Shown: piece after piece, positions 10,798 to 21,185 of the stretch
How positions within the stretch are numbered: the first letter of the stretch is position 1
How the letters are laid out: each line of letters opens with the position of its first letter
NCBI GenBank assembly: GCA_964468275.1
Contig: CAYXUX010000001.1
Span: 8,597 to 72,596, forward strand
Length of the DNA: 64,000 bases
Origin: an uncultured Clostridiaceae bacterium
Lineage (GTDB): Bacteria > Bacillota > Clostridia > Lutisporales > Lutisporaceae
Direction of reading: 5' to 3'
Made by a program: the position numbers and the translations under genes
Notes under the pieces: model-generated
The model's input: the letters and a program-made list of their open reading frames with translations, nothing else
Databases searched by the model: none
What the model was told of the DNA's origin: nothing

Positions 10798-11893
10798 AAA
10801 TAGTATTGATTTTGCACTTTTAATTACTATTTTGATACTTCTTGCTATAGGTATAACTATGGTTTTCAGTGCCAGTGCAGCATCTTCTTATATAAAGTAT
10901 AATGACAGTTATAAGTATTTCAAAAGCCAAGGTTTTTTCGCTATTATAAGTATTTTTGCTATGCTGTTTTTTAGTAAATTGAATTACAAAGTATTGGGCA
11001 AGTATGCCTTGCTATTTATGATAATAAGTTTAATCTTACTTGTAGCTATATTTATACCGGGAATTGGTTATGGGGCAAAAGGAGCAACAAGATGGATACA
11101 AGTAGGGCCGCTTACAATGCAACCCGCTGAATTCGCAAAAATGGCACTTATTATATTTATGGCAAAGTCTCTCAGCACCAAAAGAAACGATATAAAAAGC
11201 TTTACTAAAGGCATATTTCCATATTTGTTTTTAATGGGTATTTACTTTGCCTTGATTATTCTTCAACCTAATATGAGCATGGCAGGCAGCATTGTAATCA
11301 TAACTTTTATAATGCTTTTTGTGGCGGGGGCCAAAGTTTTGCATCTCAGCTTATGTGTTGCTTCTGTTATTCCGGCAGCTATATATTTAATTAAAAATGA
11401 GAGCTATAGGTTAAACCGTTGGCTATCTTACAGAGATCCTTGGGCGGACCCCTTAAATAAAGGTTATCAAGCAATACAATCTTTACTGGCACTTGGTTCG
11501 GGGGGGATTTTCGGATTAGGTTTGGGTAACAGCAGACAAAAGTTTTTTTATATACCTGAGGCTCAAAATGACTTTATTTTTTCAATAATCGGAGAAGAGC
11601 TTGGTTTTATAGGTGCTGTAACTGTAATTTTTCTTTTCTTATTTATTATATGGAGAGGAATAAGAATTTCATTATATGCACCGGATTTATTCAGCTGTCT
11701 TTTAGCAGCAGGTATAACCAGTATGATAGGTATTCAAGTTGCAATTAATATTGCAGTTGTGACTGTTTCTATGCCCACTACCGGTGTAAATCTACCATTA
11801 ATCAGCTCCGGAGGTTCATCGTTGTTGTTGGTAATGGCTAACTTGGGGATCTTGCTTAATATCTCAAGACAAATAAAAACTGACGGGAGCTGA
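10781..11893 (+). CDS. ftsW: SEDS family peptidoglycan polymerase FtsW/SpoVE
   Basis: Ten-TM SEDS profile (QPAEFAK, SRQKFFYIPEAQNDFIFS, LPLISSGGSS). Overlaps murD by 17 nt. Confidence 0.85.
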   Translation: MTTRTKNSIDFALLITILILLAIGITMVFSASAASSYIKYNDSYKYFKSQGFFAIISIFAMLFFSKLNYKVLGKYALLFMIISLILLVAIFIPGIGYGAKGATRWIQVGPLTMQPAEFAKMALIIFMAKSLSTKRNDIKSFTKGIFPYLFLMGIYFALIILQPNMSMAGSIVIITFIMLFVAGAKVLHLSLCVASVIPAAIYLIKNESYRLNRWLSYRDPWADPLNKGYQAIQSLLALGSGGIFGLGLGNSRQKFFYIPEAQNDFIFSIIGEELGFIGAVTVIFLFLFIIWRGIRISLYAPDLFSCLLAAGITSMIGIQVAINIAVVTVSMPTTGVNLPLISSGGSSLLLVMANLGILLNISRQIKTDGS

Positions 11894-11897
11894 TGAA

Positions 11898-13025
11898 GTG
11901 AGAGTAATATTAGCAGGTGGCGGAACCGGCGGCCACATATATCCTGCTATAGCTATGGCTAAAGAGCTAACAAAAGCCTATAATGATGTAGATATTTTAT
12001 TTATAGGGACTCAGGATGGACTTGAAAGTAGGGTTATACCGTTAGAAGGGTTTTCTTTTAAACATATTAAAGTAAGAGGTTTTTTAAGAAAATTAAGCGC
12101 TAAGAATATAATTGCAGTTAAAGAAATTTTGCTCAGTTTTTTTTATGTATATAAGATAATTAAGGACTTTAGACCTGATGTAGTGATTGGAACCGGAGGA
12201 TATGTAAGCGGCTCGGTACTCATGACAGCCTTTTTTATGAAGATTCCTACATTGATACATGAGCAAAATGCATATCCGGGTATTACAAATAGAATTTTAT
12301 CGAGGTTTGTAGATAAAATTGCATTAACCTTCGAAGAGGCTTCCGACTATTTGGTAAACCGAAGCCGTATAATAGTTACTGGTAATCCTTTGCGTAATGA
12401 TATAACGAGCATAAGCAACAAGGAAGGCAAAAAGACTTTAGGCTTTGATGATAAAAAACCTTTACTTTTTGTTGTAGGCGGGAGCAGGGGAGCAAAAAGT
12501 ATAAACGAGAACATAATGCCATTGGCTAAGGAATGTATGGAAAGTAAAAAATTTCAAATTTTGCATATGACAGGAGATACTCAATATGAAAGTGTTATAT
12601 CATCATATGAAGAAATAGGGATACCCCACAACAAAAGCCTTATTAAAGTTCTTCCATATGTTTATGATATGCCTCATGCATTAGCCGGGTCGGATTTTAT
12701 AATCAGCAGATCAGGCGCGGGGCTAATATCGGAAATGACTGCTTTGGGAAAACCTTGTATCCTCATTCCTTATCCATTTGCGTCGGATAACCATCAGGAG
12801 TATAATGCTAAGGTATTGGAAAGACATGGCGCAGCTATTGTTATTTTGGAAAAGGATTTAAACAGTCAGTTGCTTTTATCTGAAATAAAAAGGCTATTTA
12901 ATAATCCTGATATCATAGAATCCATGTCAATAAAAAGTAAAGAATTAGGTAAGATTGAGGCAAATAAAAAAATTATTGCCGCGATAGAAGAATTGATAAG
13001 ACCTAAAAAGGATAATAAGCATTGA
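11898..13025 (+). CDS. murG: Undecaprenyldiphospho-muramoylpentapeptide beta-N-acetylglucosaminyltransferase
   Basis: GGTGGHIYPA N-terminal motif, GT28 architecture, GTG start after GGGAG. Confidence 0.9.
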   Translation: MRVILAGGGTGGHIYPAIAMAKELTKAYNDVDILFIGTQDGLESRVIPLEGFSFKHIKVRGFLRKLSAKNIIAVKEILLSFFYVYKIIKDFRPDVVIGTGGYVSGSVLMTAFFMKIPTLIHEQNAYPGITNRILSRFVDKIALTFEEASDYLVNRSRIIVTGNPLRNDITSISNKEGKKTLGFDDKKPLLFVVGGSRGAKSINENIMPLAKECMESKKFQILHMTGDTQYESVISSYEEIGIPHNKSLIKVLPYVYDMPHALAGSDFIISRSGAGLISEMTALGKPCILIPYPFASDNHQEYNAKVLERHGAAIVILEKDLNSQLLLSEIKRLFNNPDIIESMSIKSKELGKIEANKKIIAAIEELIRPKKDNKH

Positions 13026-13231
13026 TATTATATTCTTAGACGAAATTTTTGCCGTACAATATTTTATCCGAGATAAAAATGTATATAGGCAATTATATTA
13101 TGAATACCAAAGAAATACATGATATAATAATCTCATTGGAAAAGCATATGCCACCTACGGTAACACTTAAGGAAGTTGAGCATAGAATATTAGTATGATT
13201 ACAATTATGCACTTCCCGGAGGTATCAGTAG

Positions 13232-14491
13232 ATGAGCAAATTCATTATAAATGGTGGCAATAAGTTGGAAGGAGAGGTGAATGTCGAAGGTTCAAAAAAT
13301 GCGGTATTACCGATTTTAGCGGCTTCTTTAATAAATGGCGATGAATCAATTATTCACAATATACCACGTTTAAAAGATGTTAGCACATTGACAAACGTGC
13401 TTGAGAATATAGGCTGCAGGGTTTTTTTTAATGGAAATACAATAGTTGTAAATTCAAAAGGCGAATTGGACACTAACATTCCTGAAAGACCTGTTAAGGA
13501 AATGCGGTCATCGATCATACTAATGGGAGCTGTATTAGGTAGATTTAAACATGTAAAAATCAGTTACCCGGGCGGTTGTGAAATAGGACCCAGGCCGATT
13601 GATTTACACTTAAAAGGTTTAAGAAAACTTGGTGTCAACATTACAGAATCCCATGGCTATATTGTATGTCAATATGATAAACTGATTGGTAAAGAGATAC
13701 ATTTAGATTATCCCAGTGTAGGCGCAACAGAAAATATAATGCTTGCCGCAGTCTCTGCAGAGGGTGCAACTATTATACAAAATGCTGCCAGAGAACCGGA
13801 GATAATTGATTTACAAAATTTTTTAAACAAAATAGGAGCTGATATCGTCGGTGCCGGCAGCAGTACTATTAAAATCTTAGGCACCGGAAGATTTCATAGT
13901 GCGGAACATACTGTTATACCGGACAGAATTGTAGCCGGTACTTACCTAATCGCTGCTGCAATAACCGGAGGAGAAATTGTCTTACAAGATATAGTATTGG
14001 ATCATTTAAAGCCTCTTATTTCTAAGCTTACTGAAAGTGGTTGTAAAATCGAAAAATATGATAAAATGCTTATGATAAAAAGTCCAAAAAGATTAAATGC
14101 CGTTGAAATGATTAAAACATTACCTTATCCGGGCTTTCCTACTGATATGCAAGCCCAATTTATGTCTCTTATGTCAATAGCTAAAGGTACAAGTGTTATT
14201 GTGGAAACTGTATTTGAAAACCGTTATAAGCATGCAGAAGAATTGATTAAAATGGGAGCAAAAATAAAATTGGATGGGAGAACGGCTATTGTCAGAGGGG
14301 TTAGAAAGCTAACGGGTGCACAATTAGCAGCTAAAGATTTGAGAGGCGGTGCCGCTCTCGTATTGGCCGCCCTTTCGGCAGAGGGAGTTTCTAATATTGA
14401 TAATATTGACAACCATATTGAAAGAGGATATGAAGATTTTGATATTAAGCTTAAAAGCCTTGGAGCTGACATTATGAAGGTTATAATATAA
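13232..14491 (+). CDS. murA: UDP-N-acetylglucosamine 1-carboxyvinyltransferase
   Basis: KNAVLPILAA, active-site loop YPGGCEIGPRPIDLH, full-length EPT fold. Confidence 0.9.
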   Translation: MSKFIINGGNKLEGEVNVEGSKNAVLPILAASLINGDESIIHNIPRLKDVSTLTNVLENIGCRVFFNGNTIVVNSKGELDTNIPERPVKEMRSSIILMGAVLGRFKHVKISYPGGCEIGPRPIDLHLKGLRKLGVNITESHGYIVCQYDKLIGKEIHLDYPSVGATENIMLAAVSAEGATIIQNAAREPEIIDLQNFLNKIGADIVGAGSSTIKILGTGRFHSAEHTVIPDRIVAGTYLIAAAITGGEIVLQDIVLDHLKPLISKLTESGCKIEKYDKMLMIKSPKRLNAVEMIKTLPYPGFPTDMQAQFMSLMSIAKGTSVIVETVFENRYKHAEELIKMGAKIKLDGRTAIVRGVRKLTGAQLAAKDLRGGAALVLAALSAEGVSNIDNIDNHIERGYEDFDIKLKSLGADIMKVII

Positions 14492-14538
14492 CTTTTATTA
14501 TGCAGGAATAATAGTAGCCAAGCCTGGGGAGGAAAAAA

Positions 14539-15252
14539 GTGAGAACATGGTTTAAAATATTTATTATTATATTGTTTTTTGCAGGTGCCTTAATTTTTAT
14601 TCTATCTTCCGAATTATTTTCTTTAAAAAGTATATATGTTACCGGTAACAAAACAATATCTAAAGATGATATAATTAATTTATCACATTTACAATATGGG
14701 AAAAATTTATTTAAAGTAAATAAGAAAAAGATAGTGAAAAGTATATTTCAAAACCCAAAAATAAAGGCGGTAAGAATAAAAAGGATTTTACCTTCCGGCA
14801 TGTCTTTGGATATAATAGAAAGAGATGCTATTGCAATTATCCCATATTTAGGCTCTTATCTGAATATTGATGAAGAAGCTCTGATAATTGCTGTTACAGG
14901 TTTAAGCCAAGAAACAAATGTCCCCATAATCGAGGGGTTTGAATTTAATGATTTTAAAATAGGAGAAAAAATTAGTATAGATGATAAGGAACAACTTGAA
15001 ATAACTATGGAGATTTTAAATTCTCTTCAAGGTACAGAATTGGTTGAATCTATAGATTTGATAAACGTAGAAGACCTCGGTAATATAGAATTAATCACCA
15101 AAGAAGGTATAAATGTTATAATTTGTAATAATGATTTATTTTATAAAATGCAGATGGCAAAATCTATTATAGAAGATTTACGAAAGAATGAAAAACGAGG
15201 AATAATTGATATGAGGCATGATGGCAATCCAATTTTTAAAGAGAGGGAATAG
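14539..15252 (+). CDS. ftsQ: Cell division protein FtsQ/DivIB (POTRA domain)
   Basis: N-terminal TM, then the POTRA-like LKSIYVTGNKTISKDDIINLS. dcw position. Confidence 0.75.
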   Translation: MRTWFKIFIIILFFAGALIFILSSELFSLKSIYVTGNKTISKDDIINLSHLQYGKNLFKVNKKKIVKSIFQNPKIKAVRIKRILPSGMSLDIIERDAIAIIPYLGSYLNIDEEALIIAVTGLSQETNVPIIEGFEFNDFKIGEKISIDDKEQLEITMEILNSLQGTELVESIDLINVEDLGNIELITKEGINVIICNNDLFYKMQMAKSIIEDLRKNEKRGIIDMRHDGNPIFKERE

Positions 15253-15265
15253 GCTGGGAGGTTAG

Positions 15266-15985
15266 TTGATGAAAAACACAAAAATACAGTTAGCGATAAG
15301 TGTTGTTTGTGTGGTATTGGGATTAATGATAGCTATACAATTTAGGACTGTTAAACAAAGCATAGGGCCTGTCACGGAATATAGGGCCAGAGAGATTGCC
15401 ACACAGCTAAAAAAAGTGAGAGAAGAACGGGATAATTTGCTAGCGTTAAAAAACGATTATGAAAAAAAAATCAGTGAATATGAAGATGCCGAGGCCCAAG
15501 GTAATCTTGCATCAAGGATTATAAAAGAAGAACTTGAAAAGGCCAGAATTATTGCCGGATTAGTAGATGTGGAAGGGCCCGGTTTGAATATTTTACTTGA
15601 TGATTTAAAATTTCTTGAACACTATAGTTATAATATAATAGATTATACAGATTTGTTGGAGTTTATAAATGAGTTAAATGCGGCAGGAGCTGAAGCCGTG
15701 TCCATAAATGACGAAAGAGTTATTTCTCGCACTGAAATAAGGCAAGCCGGTCTCCACATAAATGTAAATACAATAAAATTTGCACCACCTTTTGCAATAA
15801 AAGTAATAGGTGAACCAAAAACTCTTGAAGCCGCATTAAGGATGAGAGGGGGCATTGTGGAAAGACTTGAAAGTAAAGGGATTGCAATATCAATAACACA
15901 ACAGCAATCTATTATAGTAGGGAAGTATAATGGAATCATTGAAAACAAGTATTCAAGAATGGTAAAAGAGGGAGATAGCAATTAA
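15266..15985 (+). CDS. DUF881 family division-cluster protein (YlxW/YlxX-like)
   Basis: N-terminal TM ending LGLMIAIQF, a coiled coil, and C-terminal NELNAAGAEAVSINDERV. The ATG at 15269 is equally possible as the start. Confidence 0.7.
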   Translation: MMKNTKIQLAISVVCVVLGLMIAIQFRTVKQSIGPVTEYRAREIATQLKKVREERDNLLALKNDYEKKISEYEDAEAQGNLASRIIKEELEKARIIAGLVDVEGPGLNILLDDLKFLEHYSYNIIDYTDLLEFINELNAAGAEAVSINDERVISRTEIRQAGLHINVNTIKFAPPFAIKVIGEPKTLEAALRMRGGIVERLESKGIAISITQQQSIIVGKYNGIIENKYSRMVKEGDSN

Positions 15986-16709
15986 TAAGAAAGTAAGCAA
16001 GCAAAGCTATTATTTGCTAGTCATGGCTTTTATTTTCGGATTTTTAATAACTATTCAATTAAAATTGAATATTACCCCTGAAGGAATTATAACAATACAA
16101 AGGTTACTGGACATGGAGAATGATGTAAATAATGTTCTTTCAGAAATAAACAATTTAAAACAATCTGTAGCTGAAGCCGGGCAAAAACTAAAAGAATACG
16201 AATTGAATATTGATGATGACGGGAGCATTTATGCTTCTATGGAAAATGAGTTGAAAAAAATAAGAAATTATGCAGGTTTAGAAAAAGTAGAAGGGTCGGG
16301 TATAATCATTACTTTAAATGATAGCTTAGAAAGTTTTGAGGATGCTATAAATCCTGAGTTATTTTTAATACATGATATAGATGTTTTAGAAATAGTTAAT
16401 GATTTAAAAGCAGCCGGGGCCGAAGCAATAGCAATTAATGGTGTGAGAATTATTAGCACAACCAGTATAAAATGCGGAGGCCCGACTATAAACATAAATA
16501 ACAGCAGACATGCCACACCTTTTGTTATAAAAGCTATAGGTGATGCAAAAACTTTGGAAGCTACGGCTTTAGCACCTGACGGTTATATAGATTGGATGGA
16601 GTATAGCGGTATTAGAATAAATGTAAAAAAAGTTGAAAACATTGTAATAGACAAATACACGGATATTCCTAGGATCAATTATCAAAAAATAGTTGAGGGT
16701 GGTGTTTAA
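15981..16709 (+). CDS. Second DUF881 family protein, probably starting at ATT 15981 (track start TTG 16014)
   Basis: Paralog of the preceding gene (NDLKAAGAEAIAINGVRI). Alignment of the two N-termini needs residues NKKVSKQSYY, which lie upstream of the first canonical start. GGGAG lies 6 nt before ATT. Confidence 0.65.
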   Translation: MNKKVSKQSYYLLVMAFIFGFLITIQLKLNITPEGIITIQRLLDMENDVNNVLSEINNLKQSVAEAGQKLKEYELNIDDDGSIYASMENELKKIRNYAGLEKVEGSGIIITLNDSLESFEDAINPELFLIHDIDVLEIVNDLKAAGAEAIAINGVRIISTTSIKCGGPTININNSRHATPFVIKAIGDAKTLEATALAPDGYIDWMEYSGIRINVKKVENIVIDKYTDIPRINYQKIVEGGV

Positions 16710-16711
16710 AT

Positions 16712-17053
16712 ATGTTGCTGCCTTTATTAGGACTTCTGATAGGAATATTGATTGGATTTTTATCCCCGGTTACAATACCGATTCAATATTCTACATATAT
16801 GTCAATAGCTATTTTAGCAGCATTAGACTCTGTTTTCGGTGGAATTAGATCCAGTTTGGAAAATACCTTTGATGTTGAGATATTTATTTCCGGATTTTTT
16901 GCCAATGCAATTTTAGCGGCAGTATTAACTTACATAGGTGATCAATTAGGAGTGCCTATTTATTATGCTGCAATATTTGCATTCGGTGTGAGGTTGTTCC
17001 AAAACTTTGCAATAGTTAGAAGATATATTTTAGTCAGAATGAAAAAACAATAA
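16712..17053 (+). CDS. sbp: Small basic protein Sbp (DUF1290)
   Basis: 113-aa three-TM protein following the DUF881 pair, the same order as ylxW-ylxX-sbp in Bacillus. Confidence 0.7.
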   Translation: MLLPLLGLLIGILIGFLSPVTIPIQYSTYMSIAILAALDSVFGGIRSSLENTFDVEIFISGFFANAILAAVLTYIGDQLGVPIYYAAIFAFGVRLFQNFAIVRRYILVRMKKQ

Positions 17054-17162
17054 TTAAAAAATGAAGGAGATTAGTATTAAATGTTGAACAATACTTATAG
17101 CAATAAGAAAATAAAGTAATGAACACAGAATAAATTATTGTAAAAGACAAGGAGGTTGTATT

Positions 17163-18236
17163 ATGCTTGAATTTGATGTAGATTTTAATACGGTGGCTTC
17201 GATAAAAGTAGTAGGTGTCGGCGGCGCCGGTAATAATGCGGTTAATAGAATGATAGCCGCAGGTTTAAAGGGAATAGACTTTTATTGCGTAAATACTGAT
17301 CTACAGGCATTAAATGCTTCACAATCAACAAACAAATTACAGATAGGAGAAAAGTTAACAAAGGGGTTAGGCGCCGGTGCAAATCCTGAAATAGGCATGA
17401 AGGCGGCTGAAGAGAGTCTGGAAGATATTAAATCTATATTAAACGGTGCAGATATGGTTTTTGTTACTGCCGGCATGGGCGGCGGAACCGGAACCGGGGC
17501 GGCACCTATTATAGCACAAGCATCAAAAGAACTTGGCATATTAACAGTGGGAGTTGTTACAAAACCTTTTAGCTTTGAAGGTAAAATTAGGAAGATTCAA
17601 GCAGAGAAAGGCCTTTTGGAATTAAGAGAGAATGTTGATACTTTAGTGACGATACCTAATGATAGATTGCTACAGATAGTAGATAAGAAGGCTTCAATTA
17701 TCGAGGCATTTAAGATTGCAGATGATGTTTTAAGACAAGGGGTTCAAGGTATTTCAGATCTTATAGCTGTTCCCGGGCTTGTAAATCTTGATTTTGCGGA
17801 TGTTAAAACTATAATGTTGGGTAAAGGTCTTGCCCATATGGGTATTGGCAAAGGTGACGGCGAGAATAGAGGCGAGGATGCTGTAAAACAGGCAATACAA
17901 AGCCCATTATTAGAAACTTCAATAGAAGGAGCAAAAAGTGTTTTATTGAATATTACCGGAGGTTCCGATTTGGGAATTTTTGAAGTAAATGAAGCAGCGG
18001 AATTAGTTTTCCAATCTGCAGATCCCGATGCCAATATAATATTTGGTGCCGTAATAGATGAAAATCTAAAGGATGAAATTAGAATTACAGTAATTGCTAC
18101 AGGTTTTGACAGTATCAAGCCGAGTTTTCTGATAGGGTCTGAGGAAGTGGCTGCGGGTAAAAGTTTTATACAAAAATCATCTTACGATGATGATGATATT
18201 GATATACCGCCTTTTCTTAGAAATAGATTCAAATAA
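17163..18236 (+). CDS. ftsZ: Cell division GTPase FtsZ
   Basis: [13 protein letters not shown] and the tubulin signature [10 protein letters not shown]; conserved C-terminal peptide [18 protein letters not shown]. Confidence 0.97.
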   Translation: MLEFDVDFNTVASIKVVGVGGAGNNAVNRMIAAGLKGIDFYCVNTDLQALNASQSTNKLQIGEKLTKGLGAGANPEIGMKAAEESLEDIKSILNGADMVFVTAGMGGGTGTGAAPIIAQASKELGILTVGVVTKPFSFEGKIRKIQAEKGLLELRENVDTLVTIPNDRLLQIVDKKASIIEAFKIADDVLRQGVQGISDLIAVPGLVNLDFADVKTIMLGKGLAHMGIGKGDGENRGEDAVKQAIQSPLLETSIEGAKSVLLNITGGSDLGIFEVNEAAELVFQSADPDANIIFGAVIDENLKDEIRITVIATGFDSIKPSFLIGSEEVAAGKSFIQKSSYDDDDIDIPPFLRNRFK

Positions 18237-18262
18237 ATTTATATAATCAAAAACTAGTGCAT

Positions 18263-18290
18263 AAAAAGTTGCTATGCAACTTTTTTTTTG
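18263..18290 (+). terminator. Rho-independent terminator after ftsZ
   Basis: AAAAAGTTGC-TAT-GCAACTTTTT followed by a long T-run. Confidence 0.6.
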
Positions 18291-18364
18291 CATTTTTTTG
18301 ATATTTATTAATATACATATATTATAAACAATTTTCATAAAGGCTATATCTTAAAAAAATTTTA

Positions 18365-18411
18365 TTCGACTTCTCAAAACGACAAGAATTTCTCACTTGT
18401 TTTTTTATAAT
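18365..18411 (+). promoter_or_regulatory. Candidate spoIIG promoter with Spo0A-box-like sites
   Basis: TTCGACT (18365-71) and ACGACAA (18379-85) each differ by one base from the 0A box TTCGACA. TATAAT lies at 18406-11. The spoIIG operon is Spo0A-activated in Bacillus. Confidence 0.35.
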
Positions 18412-18519
18412 GGTTTTACAGATAAAAATTGGATTTGGAATAAGAATTGAAGCACAGCAGAGCTATAGCCCGGTACAGTTTTGTTTTCATGGGTTTTGGT
18501 GAACGGTGAGGTTTACAAA

Positions 18520-19446
18520 ATGATTAAATATGTTTATGGGGATGTCTTATTCTTGGAAAATGTTGCTATGAATTACATGATATTATTCAGTACAGCTAAA
18601 CTTGTAAGAAGCAATTATAATAAATTAAAGCTTTTAGCAGCCTCTGCACTGGGTGCGCTATATTCTGTTTTCTATTATTTGCCGGGCTATGAGTACCTTT
18701 ATACATGGTTTTTAAAAATTTTATTTTCTTTATTTATTGTGATAGTCGCATTTACCCCATATAAGCTAAAAGAACTTATAAGGTTGGTAAGCATGTTTTA
18801 TATAATAACTTTTGTTTTTGGGGGCGCCGCTTTTGGTTTGTATTACATAATAAGTGGCATTAAACATACATATAAAGATATTTTTTTCTTTCAGAATTTC
18901 CCCATAAAATTACTTTTGTTGTCAGTCACGATATCATATTTTATTGTTAGATATTCGTGGGACTACACTATACATAGATTAAGAAGAGAAAAAATAATTT
19001 CAAAAGCGAATATATGTTTAAACGGTAAAAAGATACTTGTTTCAGCTTTAGTTGACACCGGAAATTCTCTTAATGATCCGGTCAGCAAGTTACCTGTTGT
19101 TGTTGTCGAGTATTCCTCCGTTAAAGATATTATTCCTCATGAGCTTAAAAAGATATTTGAAGAAAATAAAGAAAACAATATCAATTTGATTGCTACTGTA
19201 CTATCACAATCAGAGTGGCTAACCAGATTCAGACTGATACCTTTTAAGTCTTTGGGGACTGATAATGCATTGATGATTGGTTTTAAACCGGATGAATTTA
19301 ATATTGAACATAATAATGAGAATCAAATAGTAAAAGAATTAATTATCGGCATTTATAATAGAAGGCTATCCGGAGACGGTGAATATAATGCATTAATCCA
19401 CCCTGATATTTTAAGTTTTCACAGTGGAGGTAATAATAGTGCATAA
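18520..19446 (+). CDS. spoIIGA: Sigma-E processing peptidase SpoIIGA
   Basis: Five N-terminal TM helices plus the aspartic protease motif [14 protein letters not shown] 18520 follows GGTGAGG. Immediately precedes sigE. Confidence 0.85.
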   Translation: MIKYVYGDVLFLENVAMNYMILFSTAKLVRSNYNKLKLLAASALGALYSVFYYLPGYEYLYTWFLKILFSLFIVIVAFTPYKLKELIRLVSMFYIITFVFGGAAFGLYYIISGIKHTYKDIFFFQNFPIKLLLLSVTISYFIVRYSWDYTIHRLRREKIISKANICLNGKKILVSALVDTGNSLNDPVSKLPVVVVEYSSVKDIIPHELKKIFEENKENNINLIATVLSQSEWLTRFRLIPFKSLGTDNALMIGFKPDEFNIEHNNENQIVKELIIGIYNRRLSGDGEYNALIHPDILSFHSGGNNSA

Positions 19447-20173
19447 ATTATTTAAAAAAACATTATTGTTAATACAGATAATATATCTAAAAATACTTCA
19501 AAAATTCAGACCTGATTCAGATAATTGGATATATTATATTGGAGGGAGCGAGGCTCTGCCTCCTCCTTTGGAATCAGATGAGGAGCTATTTCTTATATCA
19601 AAGTTAAAAGAAGAAGAAAGAGTTGTAAGAACGATTTTAATAGAAAGGAATTTAAGGCTTGTCGTCTATATAGCAAGAAAATTTGAGAATACGGGGATAG
19701 GTGTTGAAGATTTGGTGTCTATAGGAACTATTGGACTTATTAAAGCTGTTAATACCTTTGACCCGGAGAAAAGGATAAAACTTGCTACCTATGCTTCAAG
19801 ATGTATTGAAAATGAAATACTTATGTATTTACGAAGAAATACAAAGCAAAAATCTGAAATATCTTTTGACGAACCGTTAAATATAGATTGGGACGGAAAT
19901 GAATTGCTGTTGTCTGATATTTTAGGTACTGAAAATGATCTAATATATAAATATCTGGAAGATGAAACAGATAAAGAATTGCTGGAAATAGCCTTGAAAA
20001 GGCTAAATGAAAGAGAAAAAAGGATAATGGAATTACGTTTTGGATTGAACGACGGTGTAGAAAAAACGCAAAAAGAGGTAGCAGATATGCTTGGTATATC
20101 TCAATCCTATATTTCAAGACTAGAAAAAAGAATAATCAATAGATTAAAAAAAGAAATAAATAAAATGATTTGA
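19439..20173 (+). CDS. sigE: Sporulation sigma factor E (pro-sigma-E)
   Basis: [32 protein letters not shown] and [19 protein letters not shown] closely match SigE. GTG 19439 lies 8 nt after GGAGG and overlaps the spoIIGA stop. Confidence 0.92.
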   Translation: MHKLFKKTLLLIQIIYLKILQKFRPDSDNWIYYIGGSEALPPPLESDEELFLISKLKEEERVVRTILIERNLRLVVYIARKFENTGIGVEDLVSIGTIGLIKAVNTFDPEKRIKLATYASRCIENEILMYLRRNTKQKSEISFDEPLNIDWDGNELLLSDILGTENDLIYKYLEDETDKELLEIALKRLNEREKRIMELRFGLNDGVEKTQKEVADMLGISQSYISRLEKRIINRLKKEINKMI

Positions 20174-20197
20174 ACCGGATGTATAATCCGGTTTTTA
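20173..20197 (+). terminator. Rho-independent terminator after sigE
   Basis: AACCGGAT-loop-ATCCGGTT followed by TTT. Confidence 0.6.
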
Positions 20198-20375
20198 AAT
20201 TGAATTATTGTGAATAAAAACAGTGCCAATGGTAATAATTTAAATGTCGAGACAATAATAATCAATGGTTGTTTTACTTATAGTAGAATCAATTATCATT
20301 TGTATTGACTATATGTTCTTTAGTAATATATCGAAAAAGTACCTATGCTAAACTTAAATAAAAGGATGGACTATT

Positions 20376-21149
20376 GTGAAGATAAATAAAGTTGAAATAT
20401 GTGGAGTTAATACATCTAAACTTCCTGTTATAAAAAATGACAGGATGATGGAACTCATTAAAAAAGTACACAGCGGAGATTTAGATGCCAGGGAAGAATT
20501 CATTAAAGGAAATTTAAGGTTAGTATTAAGTGTTATCCAAAGATTCAATAATAGGGGAGAATATGTTGATGATTTGTTTCAAGTGGGGTGCATAGGTCTT
20601 ATTAAAGCTATTGATAATTTTGATATCAGCCAAAATGTAAGATTTTCCACTTATGCAGTACCCATGATAATAGGTGAAATCAGAAGGTATTTAAGAGATA
20701 ACAATTCAATTCGCGTTAGCAGGTCTTTAAGAGATATAGCTTATAAAGCATTACAAGTCAGAGATAAACTGATTAATAAGAATTCAAGGGAACCTACTGT
20801 TACCGAAATAGCGGAAGAACTGGAAATACCGGTTGAGGACGTAGTATTTTCTTTAGATGCAATACAAGACCCATTATCTTTGTTTGAACCAATTTACCAT
20901 GATAATGGTGATGCAATTTTTGTGATGGATCAAGTGGCGGATGAAAAAAATCAGGATGAAACGTGGATAGAGAACATTGCCTTAAAAGAAGCATTGAAAA
21001 AGCTAAATGATAGGGAAAAGCTTATACTCAGTCTGAGATTTTTTCAGGGCAGAACGCAGATGGAAGTAGCAGAAGAAATAGGGATATCACAGGCTCAAGT
21101 ATCACGATTGGAAAAAACTGCTTTAATTCATATGAGAAAACATATTTAA
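20376..21149 (+). CDS. sigG: Sporulation sigma factor G
   Basis: KVEICGVNTSKLPVIK and GNLRLVLSVIQRFNNRGEYVDDLFQVGCIGL are almost identical to Bacillus SigG. GTG start. Confidence 0.93.
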   Translation: MKINKVEICGVNTSKLPVIKNDRMMELIKKVHSGDLDAREEFIKGNLRLVLSVIQRFNNRGEYVDDLFQVGCIGLIKAIDNFDISQNVRFSTYAVPMIIGEIRRYLRDNNSIRVSRSLRDIAYKALQVRDKLINKNSREPTVTEIAEELEIPVEDVVFSLDAIQDPLSLFEPIYHDNGDAIFVMDQVADEKNQDETWIENIALKEALKKLNDREKLILSLRFFQGRTQMEVAEEIGISQAQVSRLEKTALIHMRKHI

Positions 21150-21160
21150 AAAACATTTTT

Positions 21161-21185
21161 GCAGCTGTAAATAGCTGCTTTTTTC
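21161..21185 (+). terminator. Rho-independent terminator after sigG
   Basis: GCAGCT-GTAAAT-AGCTGC followed by TTTTTT. A second strong hairpin follows at 21183-21221. Confidence 0.65.

Noticed and set aside
17081-17119. 12-codon ORF ([12 protein letters not shown]) preceded by AAGGAGA upstream of ftsZ, and a 32-codon ORF at 13100-13198 between murG and murA.
   Set aside because: The first has a 10-nt spacing and no recognisable peptide features. The second has no SD at all. There is no evidence beyond an open frame in AT-rich DNA.
20302-20330. Possible forespore-type (sigma-F/G) promoter upstream of sigG (GTATT...GTAATATA), and a sigma-E-type promoter upstream of spoIVA (about 26960-26990).
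   Set aside because: The matches to the -35 and -10 consensus are partial and the spacing is uncertain. In DNA this AT-rich such matches are frequent, so neither is reported as a feature.
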